From: the human T2T-CHM13v2.0 reference genome, Homo sapiens | Length of the DNA: 64,000 nucleotides | NCBI RefSeq assembly: GCF_009914755.1 | Contig: NC_060936.1 | Direction: 5' to 3' (one strand) | Part shown: positions 11,701 through 27,069 of the stretch, piece by piece | Position numbering within the stretch: the first letter of the stretch is position 1 | How the letters are laid out: each line of letters starts with the position of its first letter | The notes under the pieces: generated by a model | What the model was told of the DNA's origin: nothing | What the model saw: the letters and a program-made list of their open reading frames with translations, nothing else | Databases searched by the model: none | Position numbers and translations under genes: made by a program

Positions 11701-14700
11701 CAACTGGAAACTGCACAAATAGGGTGTTTCAAATCTGCTCTGTCTAAAGGAAGGTTCAACTCTGTGAGTTGAATACACACACCACAAATAAGTTACTGAG
11801 AATTCTTCTGTCGAACATTACATGAAGAAATCCCGTTTCCAACGAAGGCCTCAAAGACGTCAAAATATCCACTTGCAGACATTACAAACAGAGTGTTTCC
11901 AAACTGCTCCATCAAAAGAAAGGTTAAACTCTGTGAGCTGAACACACACATCAAAAAGAAGTTTCTGTGAATGATTCTGTCTAGATTTTATAAGAAGATG
12001 TTTCCTTTTCTACCGTAGGCCTCAAAGCGCTTGAAATCTCCAGCTGCAAATTCCACAAAAAGGGTGTTTAACATCTGCTCTTCTAAAGGAAAGTTCAACT
12101 CTATGAGTTGAATATACACAGCACAAAGAAGTTACTGAGACTTCTCCTATCAAACATTATATGAAGAAATCCCGTTTCCAACGAAGGCCTCAAAGAGGTC
12201 CAAATATCTGCTTGCAGACTTTACAGACAGAGTGTTTCCAAACTGCTCCATCAAAAGAAAGGTTAAACTCCTTGAGTTGAACACACACATCACAAAGTAG
12301 TTTCTGTGAATGATTCTGTCTAGTTTTTATACGAAGATGTTTCCTTTTCTACCTTTGGTCTCAAAGCGATTGAAATCTCCACATGGAAACTCCACAAAAA
12401 GAGTGTTTCAAATCTGCTCTTTCTGAAGGAAGGTTCATCTCTGTGAGTTGAATACACACACCACAAATAAGTTACTGAGAATTCTTCTGTGTAACATTAT
12501 ATGAGGAAATCCCGTTTCCAACGAAGGCCTCAAAGAGGTCCAAATATCCACTTGCAGACTTTACAAAGACAGTGTCTCCAAACTCCTCCATCAAAAGAAA
12601 GGTTATACCCTGTGAATTGAACGCACACATCAGAAAGTAGTTTCTGAGAATGATTCTGTCTGGTTTTTATACGAAGATATTTCCTTTTCTACATTTGGCC
12701 TAAAAGCGCTTGAAATCTCCACCTGCAAATATCACAAAAAGAGGGTTTCACATCTGCTCTGTCTAAAGGACAGTTCACCTCTGTGAGTTGAATAGAGGCA
12801 ACACAAAGAACTTACTCAGTATTCTTCTTTCTAGCGTTCTATGAAGAAATCCCGTTTCCAACGAAGGCCCCAAAGAGGTCCAAATATCTGCTTGCAGACT
12901 TTACAGACAGAGTGTTTCCAAACTACTCTATGAAAAGAAAGCTTAAACTCCTTGAGTTGAACGCACACATCACAAAGTAGTTTCTGAGAATGATTCTGTC
13001 TAGTTTTTATACGAAGATGTTTCCTTTTCTACATTTGGTCTCAAAGCGATTGAAATCTCCAACTGGAAACTGCACAAATAGGGTGTTTCAAATCTGCTCT
13101 GTCTAAAGGAAGGTTCAACTCTGTGAGTTGAATACACACACCACAAATAAGTTACTGAGAATTCTTCTGTCGAACATTACTTGAAGAAATCCCGTTTCCA
13201 ATGAAGGCCTAAAAGAGGTCCAAATAACCACTTGCAGACATTACAAACAGAGTGTTTCCAACCTGCTCCATCAAAAGAAAGGTTAAACTCTGTGAGCTGA
13301 ACACACACATCAAAAAGAAGTTTCTGTGAATGATTCTGTCTAGATTTTATAAGAAGATGTTTCCTTTTCTACCGTAGGCCTCAAAGCGCTTGAAATCTCC
13401 AGCTGCAAATTCCACAAAAAGGGTGTTTAACATCTGCTCTTCTAAAGGAAAGTTCAACTCTATGAGTTGAATACACACAGCACAAAGAAGTTACTGAGAC
13501 TTCTTCTGTCTAACATTATATGAAGAAATCCCGTTTCCAACGAAGGCCTCAAAGAGGTCCAAATATCTGCTTGCAGACTTTACAGACAGAGTGTTTCCAA
13601 ACTGCTCCATCAAAAGAAAGGTTAAACTCCTTGAGTTGAACACACACATCACAAAGTAGTTTCTGTGAATGATTCTGTCTAGTTTTTATACGAAGATGTT
13701 TCCTTTTCTACCTTTGGTCTCAAAGCGATTGAAATCTCCACATGGAAACTCCACAAAAAGAGTGTTTCAAATCTGCTCTTTCTGAAGGAAGGTTCATCTC
13801 TGTGAGTTGAATACACACACCACAAATAAGTTACTGAGAATTCTTCTGTGTAACATTATATGAGGAAATCCCGTTTCCAACGAAGGCCTCAAAGAGATCC
13901 AAATATCCACTTGCAGACTTTACAAAGACAGTGTCTCCAAACTCCTCCATCAACAGAAAGGTTATACTCTGAATTGAACGCACACATCACAAAGTAGTTT
14001 CTGAGAATGATTCTGTCTAGTTTTTATACGAAGATATTTCCTTTTCTACATTTGGCCTAAAAGCGCTTGAAATCTCCACCTGCAAATATCACAAAAACAG
14101 GGTTTCACATCTGCTCTGTCTAAAGGACAGTTCACCTCTGTGAGTTGAATAGAGGCAACACAAAGAACTTACTCAGTATTCTTCTTTCTAGCGTTCTATG
14201 AAGAAATCCCGTTTCCAACGAAGGCCCCAAAGAGGTCCAAATATCTGCTTGCAGACTTTACAGACAGAGTGTTTCCAAACTACTCTATGAAAAGAAAGCT
14301 TAAACTCCTTGAGTTGAACGCACACATCACAAAGTAGTTTCTGAGAATGATTCTGTCTAGTTTTTATACGAAGATGTTTCCTTTTCTACATTTGGTCTCA
14401 AAGCGATTGAAATCTCCAACTGGAAACTGCACAAATAGGGTGTTTCAAATCTGCTCTGTCTAAAGGAAGGTTCAACTCTGTGAGGTGAATACACACACCA
14501 CAAATAAGTTACTGAGAATTCTTCTGTCGAACATTACTTGAAGAAATCCCGTTTCCAACGAAGGCCTCAAAGAGGTCCAAATATCTACTTGCAGACATTA
14601 CAAACAGAGTGTTTCCAGACTGCTCCATCAAAAGAAAGGTTAAACTCTGTGAGCTGAACACACACATCAAAAAGAAGTTTCTGTGAATGATTCTGTCTAG

Positions 14701-17700
14701 ATTTTATAAGAAGATGTTTCCTTTTCTACCGTAGGCCTCAAAGCGCTTGAAATCTCCAGCTGCAAATTCCACAAAAAGGGTGTTTAACATCTGCTCTTCT
14801 AAAGGAAAGTTCAACCCTATGAGTTGAATACACACAGCACAAAGACGTTACTGAGACTTCTCCTATCAAACATTATATGAAGAAATCCCGTTTCCAACGA
14901 AGGCCTCAAAGAGGTCCAAATATCTGCTTGCAGACTTTACAGACAGAGTGTTTCCAAACTGCTCCACCAAAAGAAAGGTTAAACTCCTTGAGTTGAACAC
15001 ACACATCACAAAGTAGTTTCTGTGTATGATTCTGTCTAGTTTTTATACGAAGATGTTTCCTTTTCTACCTTTGGTCTCAATGCGATTGAAATCTCCACAT
15101 GGAAACTCCACAAAAAGAGTGTTTCAAATCTGCTCTTTCTGAAGGAAGGTTCAACTCTGTGAGTTGAATACACACACCACAAATAAGTTACTGAGAATTC
15201 TTCTGTGTAACATTATATGAGGAAATCCCGTTTCCAACGAAGGCCTCAAAGAGATCCAAATATCCACTTGCAGACTTTACAAAGACAGTGTCTCCAAACT
15301 CCTCCATCAAAAGAAAGGTTATACTCTGTGAATTGAACGCACACATCACAAAGTAGTTTCTGAGAATGATTCTGTCTAGTTTTTATACGAAGATATTTCC
15401 TTTTCTACATTTGGCCTAAAAGCGCTTGAAATCTCCACCTGCAAATATCACAAAAAGAGGGTTTCACATCTGCTCTGTCTAAAGGACAGTTCACCTCTGT
15501 GAGTTGAATAGAGGCAACACAAAGAACTTACTCAGTATTCTTCTTTCTAGCGTTCTATGAAGAAATCCCGTTTCCAACGAAGGCCCCAAAGAGGTCCAAA
15601 TATCTGCTTGCAGACTTTGCAGACAGAGTGTTTCCAAACTACTCGATGAAAAGAAAGCTTAAACTCCTTGAGTTGAACGCACACATCACAAAGTAGTTTC
15701 TGAGAATGATTCTGTCTAGTTTTTATACGAAGATGTTTCCTTTTCTACATTTGGTCTCAAAGCGATTGAAATCTCCAACTGGAAACTGCACAAATAGGGT
15801 GTTTCAAATCTGCTCTGTCTAAAGGAAGGTTCAACTCTGTGAGTTGAATACACACACCACAAATAAGTTACTGAGAATTCTTCTGTCGAACATTACTTGA
15901 AGAAATCCCGTTTCCAACGAAGGCCTCAAAGAGGTCCAAATATCCACTTGCAGACATTACAAACAGAGTGTTTCCAAACTTCTCCATCAAAGGAAAGGTT
16001 AAACTCTGTGAGCTGAACACACACATCAAAAAGAAGTTTCTGTGAATGATTCTGTCTAGATTTTATAAGAAGATGTTTCCTTTTCTACCGTAGGCCTCAA
16101 AGCGCTTGAAATCTCCAGCTGCAAATTCCACAAAAAGGGTGTTTAACATCTGCTCTTCTAAAGGAAAGTTCAACCCTATGAGTTGAATACACACAGCACA
16201 AAGAAGTTACTGAGACTTGTCCTATCAAACATTATATGAAGAAATCCCGTTTCCATCGAAGGCCTCAAAGAGGTCCAAATATCTGCTTGCAGACTTTACA
16301 GACAGAGTGTTTCCAAACTGCTCCATCAAAAGAAAGGTTAACCTCCTTGAGTTGAACACACACATCACAAAGTAGTTTCTGTGAATGATTCTGTCTAGTT
16401 TTTATACGAAGATGTTTCCTTTTCTACCTTTGGTCTCAAAGCGATTGAAATCTCCACATGGAAACTCCACAAAAAGAGTGTTTCAAATCTGCTCTTTCTG
16501 AAGGAAGGTTCATCTCTGTGAGTTGAACACACACACCACAAATAAGTTACTGAGAATTCTTCTGTGTAACATTATATGAGGAAATCCCGTTTCCAACGAA
16601 GGCCTCAAAGAGGTCCAAATATCCACTTGCAGACTTTACAAAGACAGTGTCTCCAAACTCCTCCATCAAAAGAAAGGTTATACTCTGTGAATTGAACGCA
16701 CACATCACAAAGTAGTTTCTGAGAATGATTCTGTCTAGTTTTTATACGAAGATATTTCCTTTTCTACATTTGGCCTAAAAGCGCTTGAAATCTCCACCTG
16801 CAAATATCACAAAAAGAGGGTTTCACATCTGCTCTGTCTAAAGGACAGTTCACCTCTGTGAGTTGAATAGAGGCAACACAAAGAACTTACTCAGTATTCT
16901 TCTTTCTAGCGTTCTATGAAGAAATCCCGTTTCCAACGAAGGCCCCAAAGAGGTCCAAATATCTGCTTGCAGACTTTACAGACAGAGTGTTTCCAAACTA
17001 CTCTATGAAAAGAAAGCTTAAACTCCTTGAGTTGAACGCACACATCACAAAGTAGTTTCTGAGAATGATTCTGTCTAGTTTTTATACGAAGATGTTTCCT
17101 TTTCTACATTTGGTCTCAAAGCGATTGAAATCTCCAACTGGAAACTGCACAAATAGGGTGTTTCAAATCTGCTCTGTCTAAAGGAAGGTTCAACTCTGTG
17201 AGTTGAATACACACACCACAAATAAGTTACTGAGAATTCTTCTGTGGAACATTACTTGAAGAAATCCCGTTTCCAACGAAGGCCTCAAAGAGGTCCAAAT
17301 ATCCACTTGCAGACATTACAAACAGAGTGTTTCCAAACTGCTCCATCAAAAGAAAGGTTAAACTCTGTGAGCTGAACACACACATCAAAAAGAAGTTTCT
17401 GTGAATGATTCTGTCTAGATTTTATAAGAAGATGTTTCCTTTTCTACCGTAGGCCTCAAAGCGCTTGAAATCTCCAGCTGCAAATTCCACAAAAAGGGTG
17501 TTTAACATCTGCTCTTCTAAAGGAAAGTTCAACTCTATGAGTTGAATACACACAGCACAAAGAAGTTACTGAGACTTGTCCTATCAAACATTATATGAAG
17601 AAATCCCGTTTCCAACGAAGGCCTCAAAGAGGTCCAAATATCTGCTTGCAGACTTTACAGACAGAGTGTTTCCAAACTGCTCCATCAAAAGAAAGGTTAA

Positions 17701-20700
17701 CCTCCTTGAGTTGAACACACACATCACAAAGTAGTTTCTGTGAATGATTCTGTCTAGTTTTTATACGAAGATGTTTCCTTTTCTACCTTTGGTCTCAAAG
17801 CGATTGAAATCTCCACATGGAAACTCCACAAAAAGAGTGTTTCAAATCTGCTCTTTCTGAAGGAAGGTTCATCTCTGTGAGTTGAATACACACACCACAA
17901 ATAAGTTACTGAGAATTCTTCTGTGTAACATTATATGAGGAAATCCCGTTTCCAACGAAGGCCTCAAAGAGGTCCAAATATCCACTTGCAGACTTTACAA
18001 AGACAGTGTCTCCAAACTCCTCCATCAAAAGAAAGGTTATACTCTGTGAATTGAACGCACACATCACAAAGTAGTTTCTGAGAATGATTCTGTCTAGTTT
18101 TTATACGAAGATATTTCCTTTTCTACATTTGGCCTAAAAGCGCTTGAAATCTCCACCTGCAAATATCACAAAAAGAGGGTTTCACATCTGCTCTGTCTAA
18201 AGGACAGTTCACCTCTGTGAGTTGAATAGAGGCAACACAAAGAACTTACTCAGTATTCTTCTTTCTAGCGTTCTATGAAGAAATCCCGTTTCCAACGAAG
18301 GCCCTAAAGAGGTCCAAATATCTGCTTGCAGACTTTACAGACAGAGTGTTTCCAAACTACTCTATGAAAAGAAAGCTTAAACTCCTTGAGTTGAACGCAC
18401 ACATCACAAAGTAGTTTCTGAGAATGATTCTGTCTAGTTTTTATACGAAGATGTTTCCTTTTCTACATTTGGTCTCAAAGCGATTGAAATCTCCAACTGG
18501 AAACTGCACAAATAGGGTGTTTCAAATCTGCTCTGTCTAAAGGAAGGTTCAACTCTGTGAGTTGAATACACACACCACAAATAAGTTACTGAGAATTCTT
18601 CTGTCGAACATTACTTGAAGAAATCCCGTTTCCAACGAAGGCCTCAAAGAGGTCCAAATATCCACTTGCAGACATTACAAACAGAGTGTTTCCAACCTGC
18701 TCCATCAAAAGAAAGGTTAAACTCTGTGAGCTGAACACACACATCAAAAAGAAGTTTCTGTGAATGATTCTGTCTAGATTTTATAAGAAGATGTTTCCTT
18801 TTCTACCGTAGGCCTCAAAGCGCTTGAAATCTCCAGCTGCAAATTCCACAAAAAGGGTGTTTAACATCTGCTCTTCTAAAGGAAAGTTCAACTCTATGAG
18901 TTGAATACACACAGCACAAAGAAGTTACTGAGACTTCTCCTATCAAACATTATATGAAGAAATCCCGTTTCCAACGAAGGCCTCAAAGAGGTCCAAATAT
19001 CTGCTTGCAGACTTTACAGACAGAGTGTTTCCAAACTGCTCCATCAAAAGAAAGGTTAAACTCCTTGAGTTGAACACACACATCACAAAGTAGTTTCTGT
19101 GAATGATTCTGTCTAGTTTTTATACGAAGATGTTTCCTTTTCTACCTTTGGTCTCAATGCGATTGAAATCTCCACATGGAAACTCCACAAAAAGAGTGTT
19201 TCAAATCTGCTCTTTCTGAAGGAAGGTTCAACTCTGTGAGTTGAATACACACACCACAAATAAGTTACTGAGAATTCTTCTGTGTAACATTATATGAGGA
19301 AATCCCGTTTCCAACGAAGGCCTCAAAGAGATCCAAATATCCACTTGCAGACTTTACAAAGACAGTGTCTCCAAACTCCTCCATCAAAAGAAAGGTTATA
19401 CTCTGTGAATTGAACGCACACATCACAAAGTAGTTTCTGAGAATGATTCTGTCTAGTTTTTATACGAAGATATTTCCTTTTCTACATTTGGCCTAAAAGC
19501 GCTTGAAATCTCCACCTGCAAATATCACAAAAAGAGGGTTTCACATCTGCTCTGTCTAAAGGACAGTTCACCTCTGTGAGTTGAATAGAGGCAACACAAA
19601 GAACTTACTCAGTATTCTTCTTTCTAGCGTTCTATGAAGAAATCCCGTTTCCAACGAAGGCCCCAAAGAGGTCCAAATATTTGCTTGCAGACTTTACAGA
19701 CAGAGTGTTTCCAAACTACTCTATGAAAAGAAAGCTTAAACTCCTTGAGTTGAACGCACACATCACAAAGTAGTTTCTGAGAATGATTCTGTCTAGTTTT
19801 TATACGAAGATGTTTCCTTTTCTACATTTGGTCTCAAAGCGATTGAAATCTCCAACTGGAAACTGCACAAATAGGCTGTTTCAAATCTGCTCTGTCTAAA
19901 GGAAGGTTCAACTCTGTGAGTTGAATACACACACCACAAATAAGTTACTGAGAATTCTTCTGTCGAACATTACTTGAAGAAATCCCGTTTCCAACGAAGG
20001 CCTCAAAGAGGTCCAAATATCCACTTGCAGACATTACAAACAGATTGTTTCCAACCTGCTCCATCAAAAGAAAGGTTAAACTCTGTGAGCTGAACACACA
20101 CATCAAAAAGAAGTTTCTGTGAATGATTCTGTCTAGATTTTATAAGAAGATATTTCCTTTTCTACCGTAGGCCTCAAAGCGCTTGAAATCTCCAGCTGCA
20201 AATTCCACAAAAAGGGTGTTTAACATCTGCTCTTCTAAAGGAAAGTTCAACTCTATGAGTTGAATACACACAGCACAAAGAAGTTACTGAGACTTCTCCT
20301 ATCAAACATTATATGAAGAAATCCCGTTTCCAACGAAGGCCTCAAAGAGGTCCAAATATCTGCTTGCAGACTTTACAGACAGAGTGTTTCCAAACTGCTC
20401 CATCAAAAGAAAGGTTAAACTCCTTGAGTTGAACACACACATCACAAAGTAGTTTCTGTGAATGATTCTGTCTAGTTTTTATACGAAGATGTTTCCTTTT
20501 CTACCTTTGGTCTCAAAGCTATTGAAATCTCCACATGGAAACTCCACAAAAAGAGTGTTTCAAATCTGCTCTTTCTGAAGGAAGGTTCATCTTTGTGAGT
20601 TGAATACACACACCACAAATAAGTTACTGAGAATTCTTCTGTGTAACATTATATGAGGAAATCCCGTTTCCAACGAAGGCCTCAAAGAGATCCAAATATC

Positions 20701-23700
20701 CACTTGCAGACTTTACAAAGACAGTGTCTCCAAACTCCTCCATCAAAAGAAAGGTTATACTCCGTGAATTGAACGCACACATCACAAAGTAGTTTCTGAG
20801 AATGATTCTGTCTAGTTTTTATACGAAGATATTTCCTTTTCTACATTTGGCCTAAAAGCGCTTGAAATCTCCACCTGCAAATATCACAAAAAGAGGGTTT
20901 CACATCTGCTCTGTCTGAAGGACAGTTCACCTCTGTGAGTTGAATAGAGGCAACACAAAGAACTTACTCAGTATTCTTCTTTCTAGCGTTCTATGAAGAA
21001 ATCCCGTTTCCAACGAAGGCCCCAAAGAGGTCCAAATATCTGCTTGCAGACTTTACAGACAGAGTGTTTCCAAACTACTCTATGAAAAGAAAGCTTAAAC
21101 TCCTTGAGTTGAACGCACACATCACAAAGTAGTTTCTGAGAATGATTCTGTCTAGTTTTTATACGAAGATGTTTCCTTTTCTACATTTGGTCTCAAAGCG
21201 ATTGAAATCTCCAACTGGAAACTCCACAAAAAGAGTGTTTCAAATCTGCTCTGTCTAAAGGAAGGTTCAACTCTGTGAGTTGAATACACACACCACAAAT
21301 AAGTTACTGAGAATTCTTCTGTCGAACATTACTTGAAGAAATCCCGTTTCCAACGAAGGCCTCAAAGCGGTCCAAATATCCACTTGCAGACATTACAAAC
21401 AGAGTGTTTCCAAACTGCTCCATCAAAAGAAAGGTTAAACTCTGTGAGCTGAACACACACATCAAAAAGAAGTTTCTGTGAATGATTCTGTCTAGATTTT
21501 ATAAGAAGATGTTTCCTTTTCTACCGTAGGCCTCAAAGCGCTTGAAATCTCCAGCTGCAAATTCCACAAAAAGGGTGTTTAACATCTGCTCTTCTAAAGG
21601 AAAGTTCAACTCTATGAGTTGAATACACACAGCATAAAGAAGTTACTGAGACTTCTCCTATCAAACATTATATGAAAAAATCCCATTTCCAACGAAGGCC
21701 TCAAAGAGGTCCAAATATCTGCTTGCAGACTTTACAGACAGAGTGTTTCCAAACTGCTCCATCAAAAGAAAGGTTAACCTCCTGAGTTGAACACACACAT
21801 CACAAAGTAGTTTCTGTGAATGATTCTGTCTAGTTTTTATACGAAGATGTTTCCTTTTCTACCTTTGGTCTCAAAGCGATTGAAATCTCCACATGGAAAC
21901 TCCACAAAAAGAGTGTTTCAAATCTGCTCTTTCTGAAGGAAGGTTCATCTTTGTGAGTTGAATACACACACCACAAATAAGTTACTGAGAATTCTTCTGT
22001 GTAACATTATATGAGGAAATCCCGTTTCCAACGAAGGCCTCAAAGAGGTCCAAATATCCACTTGCAGACTTTACAAAGACAGTGTCTCCAAACTCCTCCA
22101 TCAAAAGAAAGGTTATACTCTGTGAATTGAACGCACACATCACAAAGTAGTTTCTGAGAATGATTCTGTCTAGTTTTTATACGAAGATATTTCCTTTTCT
22201 ACATTTGGCCTAAAAGCGCTTGAAATCTCCACCTGCAAATATCACAAAAAGAGGGTTTCACATCTGCTCTGTCTAAAGGACAGTTCACCTCTGTGAGTTG
22301 AATAGAGGCAACACAAAGAACTTATTCAGTATTCTTCTTTCTAGCGTTCTATGAAGAAATCCCGTTTCCAACGAAGGCCCCAAAGAGGTCCAAATATCTG
22401 CTTGCAGACTTTACAGACAGAGTGTTTCCAAACTACTCTATGAAAAGAAAGCTTAAACTCCTTGAGTTGAACGCACACATCACAAAGTAGTTTCTGAGAA
22501 TGATTCTGTCTAGTTTTTATACGAAGATGTTTCCTTTTCTACATTTGGTCTCAAAGCGATTGAAATCTCCAACTGGAAACTGCACAAATAGGGTGTTTCA
22601 AATCTGCTCTGTCTAAAGGAAGGTTCAACTCTGTGAGTTGAATACACACACCACAAATAAGTTACTGAGAATTCTTCTGTCGAACATTACTTGAAGAAAT
22701 TCCGTTTCCAACGAAGGCCTCAAAGAGGTCCAAATATCCACTTGCAGACATTACAAACAGAGTGTTTCCAAACTGCTCCATGAAAAGAAAGGTTAAACTC
22801 TGTGAGCTGAACACACACATCAAAAAGAAGTTTCTGTGAATGATTCTGTCTAGATTTTATAAGAAGATGTTTCCTTTTCTACCGTAGGCCTCAAAGCGCT
22901 TGAAATCTCCAGCTGCAAATTCCACAAAAATGGTGTTTAACATCTGCTCTTCTAAAGGAAAGTTCAACTCTATGAGTTGAATACACACAGCACAAAGAAG
23001 TTACTGAGACTTCTCCTATCAAACATTATATGAAGAAATCCCGTTTCCAACGAAGGCCTCAAAGAGGTCCAAATATCTGCTTGCAGACTTTACAGACAGA
23101 GTGTTTCCAAACTGCTCCATGAAAAGAAAGGTTAACCTCCTTGAGTTGAACACACACATCACAAAGTAGTTTCTGTGAATGATTCTGTCTAGTTTTTATA
23201 CGAAGATGTTTCCTTTTCTACCTTTGGTCTCAAAGCGATTGAAATCTCCACATGGAAACTCCACAAAAAGAGTGTTTCAAATCTGCTCTTTCTGAAGGAA
23301 GGTTCATCTCTGTGAGTTGAATACACACACCACAAATAAGTTACTGAGAATTCTTCTGTGTAACATTATATGAGGAAATCCCGTTTCCAACGAAGGCCTC
23401 AAAGAGGTCCAAATATCCACTTGCAGACTTTACAAAGACAGTGTCTCCAAACTCCTCCATCAAAAGAAAGGTTATACTCTGTGAATTGAACGCACACATC
23501 ACAAAGTAGTTTCTGAGAATGATTCTGTCTAGTTTTTATACGAAGATATTTCCTTTTCTACATTTGGCCTAAAAGCGCTTGAAATCTCCACCTGCAAATA
23601 TCACAAAAAGAGGGTTTCACATCTGCTCTGTCTAAAGGACAGTTCACCTCTGTGAGTTGAATAGAGGCAACACAAAGAACTTATTCAGTATTCTTCTTTC

Positions 23701-26700
23701 TAGCGTTCTATGAAGAAATCCCGTTTCCAACGAAGGCCCCAAAGAGGTCCAAATATCTGCTTGCAGACTTTACAGACAGAGTGTTTCCAAACTACTCTAT
23801 GAAAAGAAAGCTTAAACTCCTTGAGTTGAACGCACACATCACAAAGTAGTTTCTGAGAATGATTCTGTCTAGTTTTTATACGAAGATGTTTCCTTTTCTA
23901 CATTTGGTCTCAAAGCGATTGAAATCTCCAACTGGAAACTGCACAAATAGGGTGTTTCAAATCTGCTCTGTCTAAAGGAAGGTTCAACTCTGTGAGTTGA
24001 ATACACACACCACAAATAAGTTACTGAGAATTCTTCTGTCGAACATTACTTGAAGAAATTCCGTTTCCAACGAAGGCCTCAAAGAGGTCCAAATATCCAC
24101 TTGCAGACATTACAAACAGAGTGTTTCCAAACTGCTCCATGAAAAGAAAGGTTAAACTCTGTGAGCTGAACACACACATCAAAAAGAAGTTTCTGTTAAT
24201 GATTCTGTCTAGATTTTATAAGAAGATGTTTCCTTTTCTACCGTAGGCCTCAAAGCGCTTGAAATCTCCAGCTGCAAATTCCACAAAAAGGGTGTTTAAC
24301 ATCTGCTCTTCTAAAGGAAAGTTCAACTCTATGAGTTGAATACACACAGCACAAAGAAGTTACTGAGACTTCTCCTATCAAACATTATATGAAGAAATCC
24401 CGTTTCCAACGAAGGCCTCAAAGAGGTCCAAATATCTGCTTGCAGACTTTACAGACAGAGTGTTTCCCAACTGCTGCATCAAAAGAAAGGTTAACCTCCT
24501 TGAGTTGAACACACACATCACAAAGTAGTTTCTGTGAATGATTCTGTCTAGTTTTTATACGAAGATGTTTCCTTTTCTACCTTTGGTCTCAAAGCGATTG
24601 AAATCTCCACATGGAAACTCCACAAAAAGAGTGTTTCAAATCTGCTCTTTCTGAAGGAAGGTTCATCTCTGTGAGTTGAATACACACACCACAAATAAGT
24701 TACTGAGAATTCTTCTGTGTAACATTATAAGAGGAAATCCCGTTTCCAACGAAGGCCTCAAAGAGGTCCAAATATCCACTTGCAGACCTTACAAAGACAG
24801 TGTCTCCAAACTCCTCCATCAAAAGAAAGGTTATACTCTGTGAATTGAACGCACACATCACAAAGTAGTTTCTGAGAATGATTCTGTCTAGTTTTTATAC
24901 GAAGATATTTCCTTTTCTACATTTGGCCTAAAAGCGCTTGAAATCTCCACCTGCAAATATCACAAAAAGAGGGTTTCACATCTGCTCTGTCTAAAGGACA
25001 GTTCACCTCTGTGAGTTGAATAGAGGCAACACAAAGAACTTACTCAGTATTCTTCTTTCTAGCGTTCTATGAAGAAATCCCGTTTCCAACGAAGGCCCCA
25101 AAGAGGTCCAAATATCTGCTTGCAGACTTTACAGACAGAGTGTTTCCAAACTACTCTATGAAAAGAAAGCTTAAACTCCTTGAGTTGAACGCACACATCA
25201 CAAAGTAGTTTCTGAGAATGATTCTGTCTAGTTTTTATACGAAGATGTTTCCTTTTCTACGTTTGGTCTCAAAGCGATTGAAATCTCCAACTGGAAACTG
25301 CACAAATAGGCTGTTTCAAATCTGCTCTGTCTAAAGGAAGGTTCAACTCTGTGAGTTGAATACACACACCACAAATAAGTTACTGAGAATTCTTCTGTCG
25401 AACATTACTTGAAGAAATCCCGTTTCCAACGAAGGCCTCAAAGAGGTCCAAATATCCACTTGCAGACATTACAAACAGATTGTTTCCAACCTGCTCCATC
25501 AAAAGAAAGGTTAAACTCTGTGAGCTGAACACACACATCAAAAAGAAGTTTCTGTGAATGATTCTGACTAGATTTTATAAGAAGATATTTCCTTTTCTAC
25601 CGTAGGCCTCAAAGCACTTGAAATCTCCAGCTGCAAATTCCACAAAAAGGGTGTTTAACATCTGCTCTTCTAAAGGAAAGTTCAACTCTATGAGTTGAAT
25701 ACACACAGCACAAAGAAGTTACTGAGACTTCTCCTATCAAACATTATATGAAGAAATCCCGTTTCCAACGAAGGCCTCAAAGAGGTCCAAATATCTGCTT
25801 GCAGACTTTACAGACAGAGTGTTTCCAAACTGCTCCATCAAAAGAAAGGTTAAACTCCTTGAGTTGAACACACACATCACAAAGTAGTTTCTGTGAATGA
25901 TTCTGTCTAGTTTTTATACGAAGATGTTTCCTTTTCTATCTTTGGTCTCAAAGCGATTGAAATCTCCAAATGGAAACTCCACAAAAAGAGTGTTTCAAAT
26001 CTGCTCTTTCTGAAGGAAGGTTCATCTCTGTGAGTTGAATACACACACCACAAATAAGTTACTGAGAATTCTTCTGTGTAACATTATATGAGGAAATCCC
26101 GTTTCCAAAGAAGGCCACAAAGAGATCCAAATATCCACTTGCAGACTTTACAAAGACAGTGTCTCCAAACTCCTCCATCAAAAGAAAGGTTATACTCCGT
26201 GAATTGAACGCACACATCACAAATTAGTTTCTGAGAATGATTCTGTCTAGTTTTTATACGAAGATATTTCCTTTTCTACATTTGGCCTAAAAGCGCTTGA
26301 AATCTCCACCTGCAAATATCACAAAAAGAGGGTTTCACATCTGCTCTGTCTGAAGGACAGTTCACCTCTGTGAGTTGAATAGAGGCAACACAAAGAACTT
26401 ACTCAGTATTCTTCTTTCTAGCGTTCTATGAAGAAATCCCGTTTCCAACGAAGGCCCCAAAGAGGTCCAAATATCTGCTTGCAGACTTTACAGACAGAGT
26501 GTTTCCAAACTACTCTATGAAAAGAAAGCTTAAACTCCTTGAGTTGAACGCACACATCACAAAGTAGTTTCTGAGAATGATTCTGTCTAGTTTTTATACG
26601 AAGATGTTTCCTTTTCTACATTTGGTCTCAAAGTGATTGAAATCTCCAACTGGAAACTCCACAAAAAGAGTGTTTCAAATCTGCTCTGTCTAAAGGAAGG

Positions 26701-27069
26701 TTCAACTCTGTGAGTTGAATACACACACCACAAATAAGTTACTGAGAATTCTTCTGTCGAACATTACTTGAAGAAATCCCGTTTCCAACGAAGGCCTCAA
26801 AGAGGTCCAAATATCCACTTGCAGACATTACAAACAGAGTGTTTCCAACCTGCTCCATCAAAAGAAAGGTTAAACTCTGTGAGCTGAACACACACATCAA
26901 AAAGAAGTTTCTGTGAATGATTCTGTCTAGATTTTATAAGAAGATGTTTCCTTTTCTACCGTAGGCCTCAAAGCGCTTGAAATCTCCAGCTGCAAATTCC
27001 ACAAAAAGGGTGTTTAACATCTGCTCTTCTAAAGGAAAGTTCAACTCTATGAGTTGAATACACACAGCA

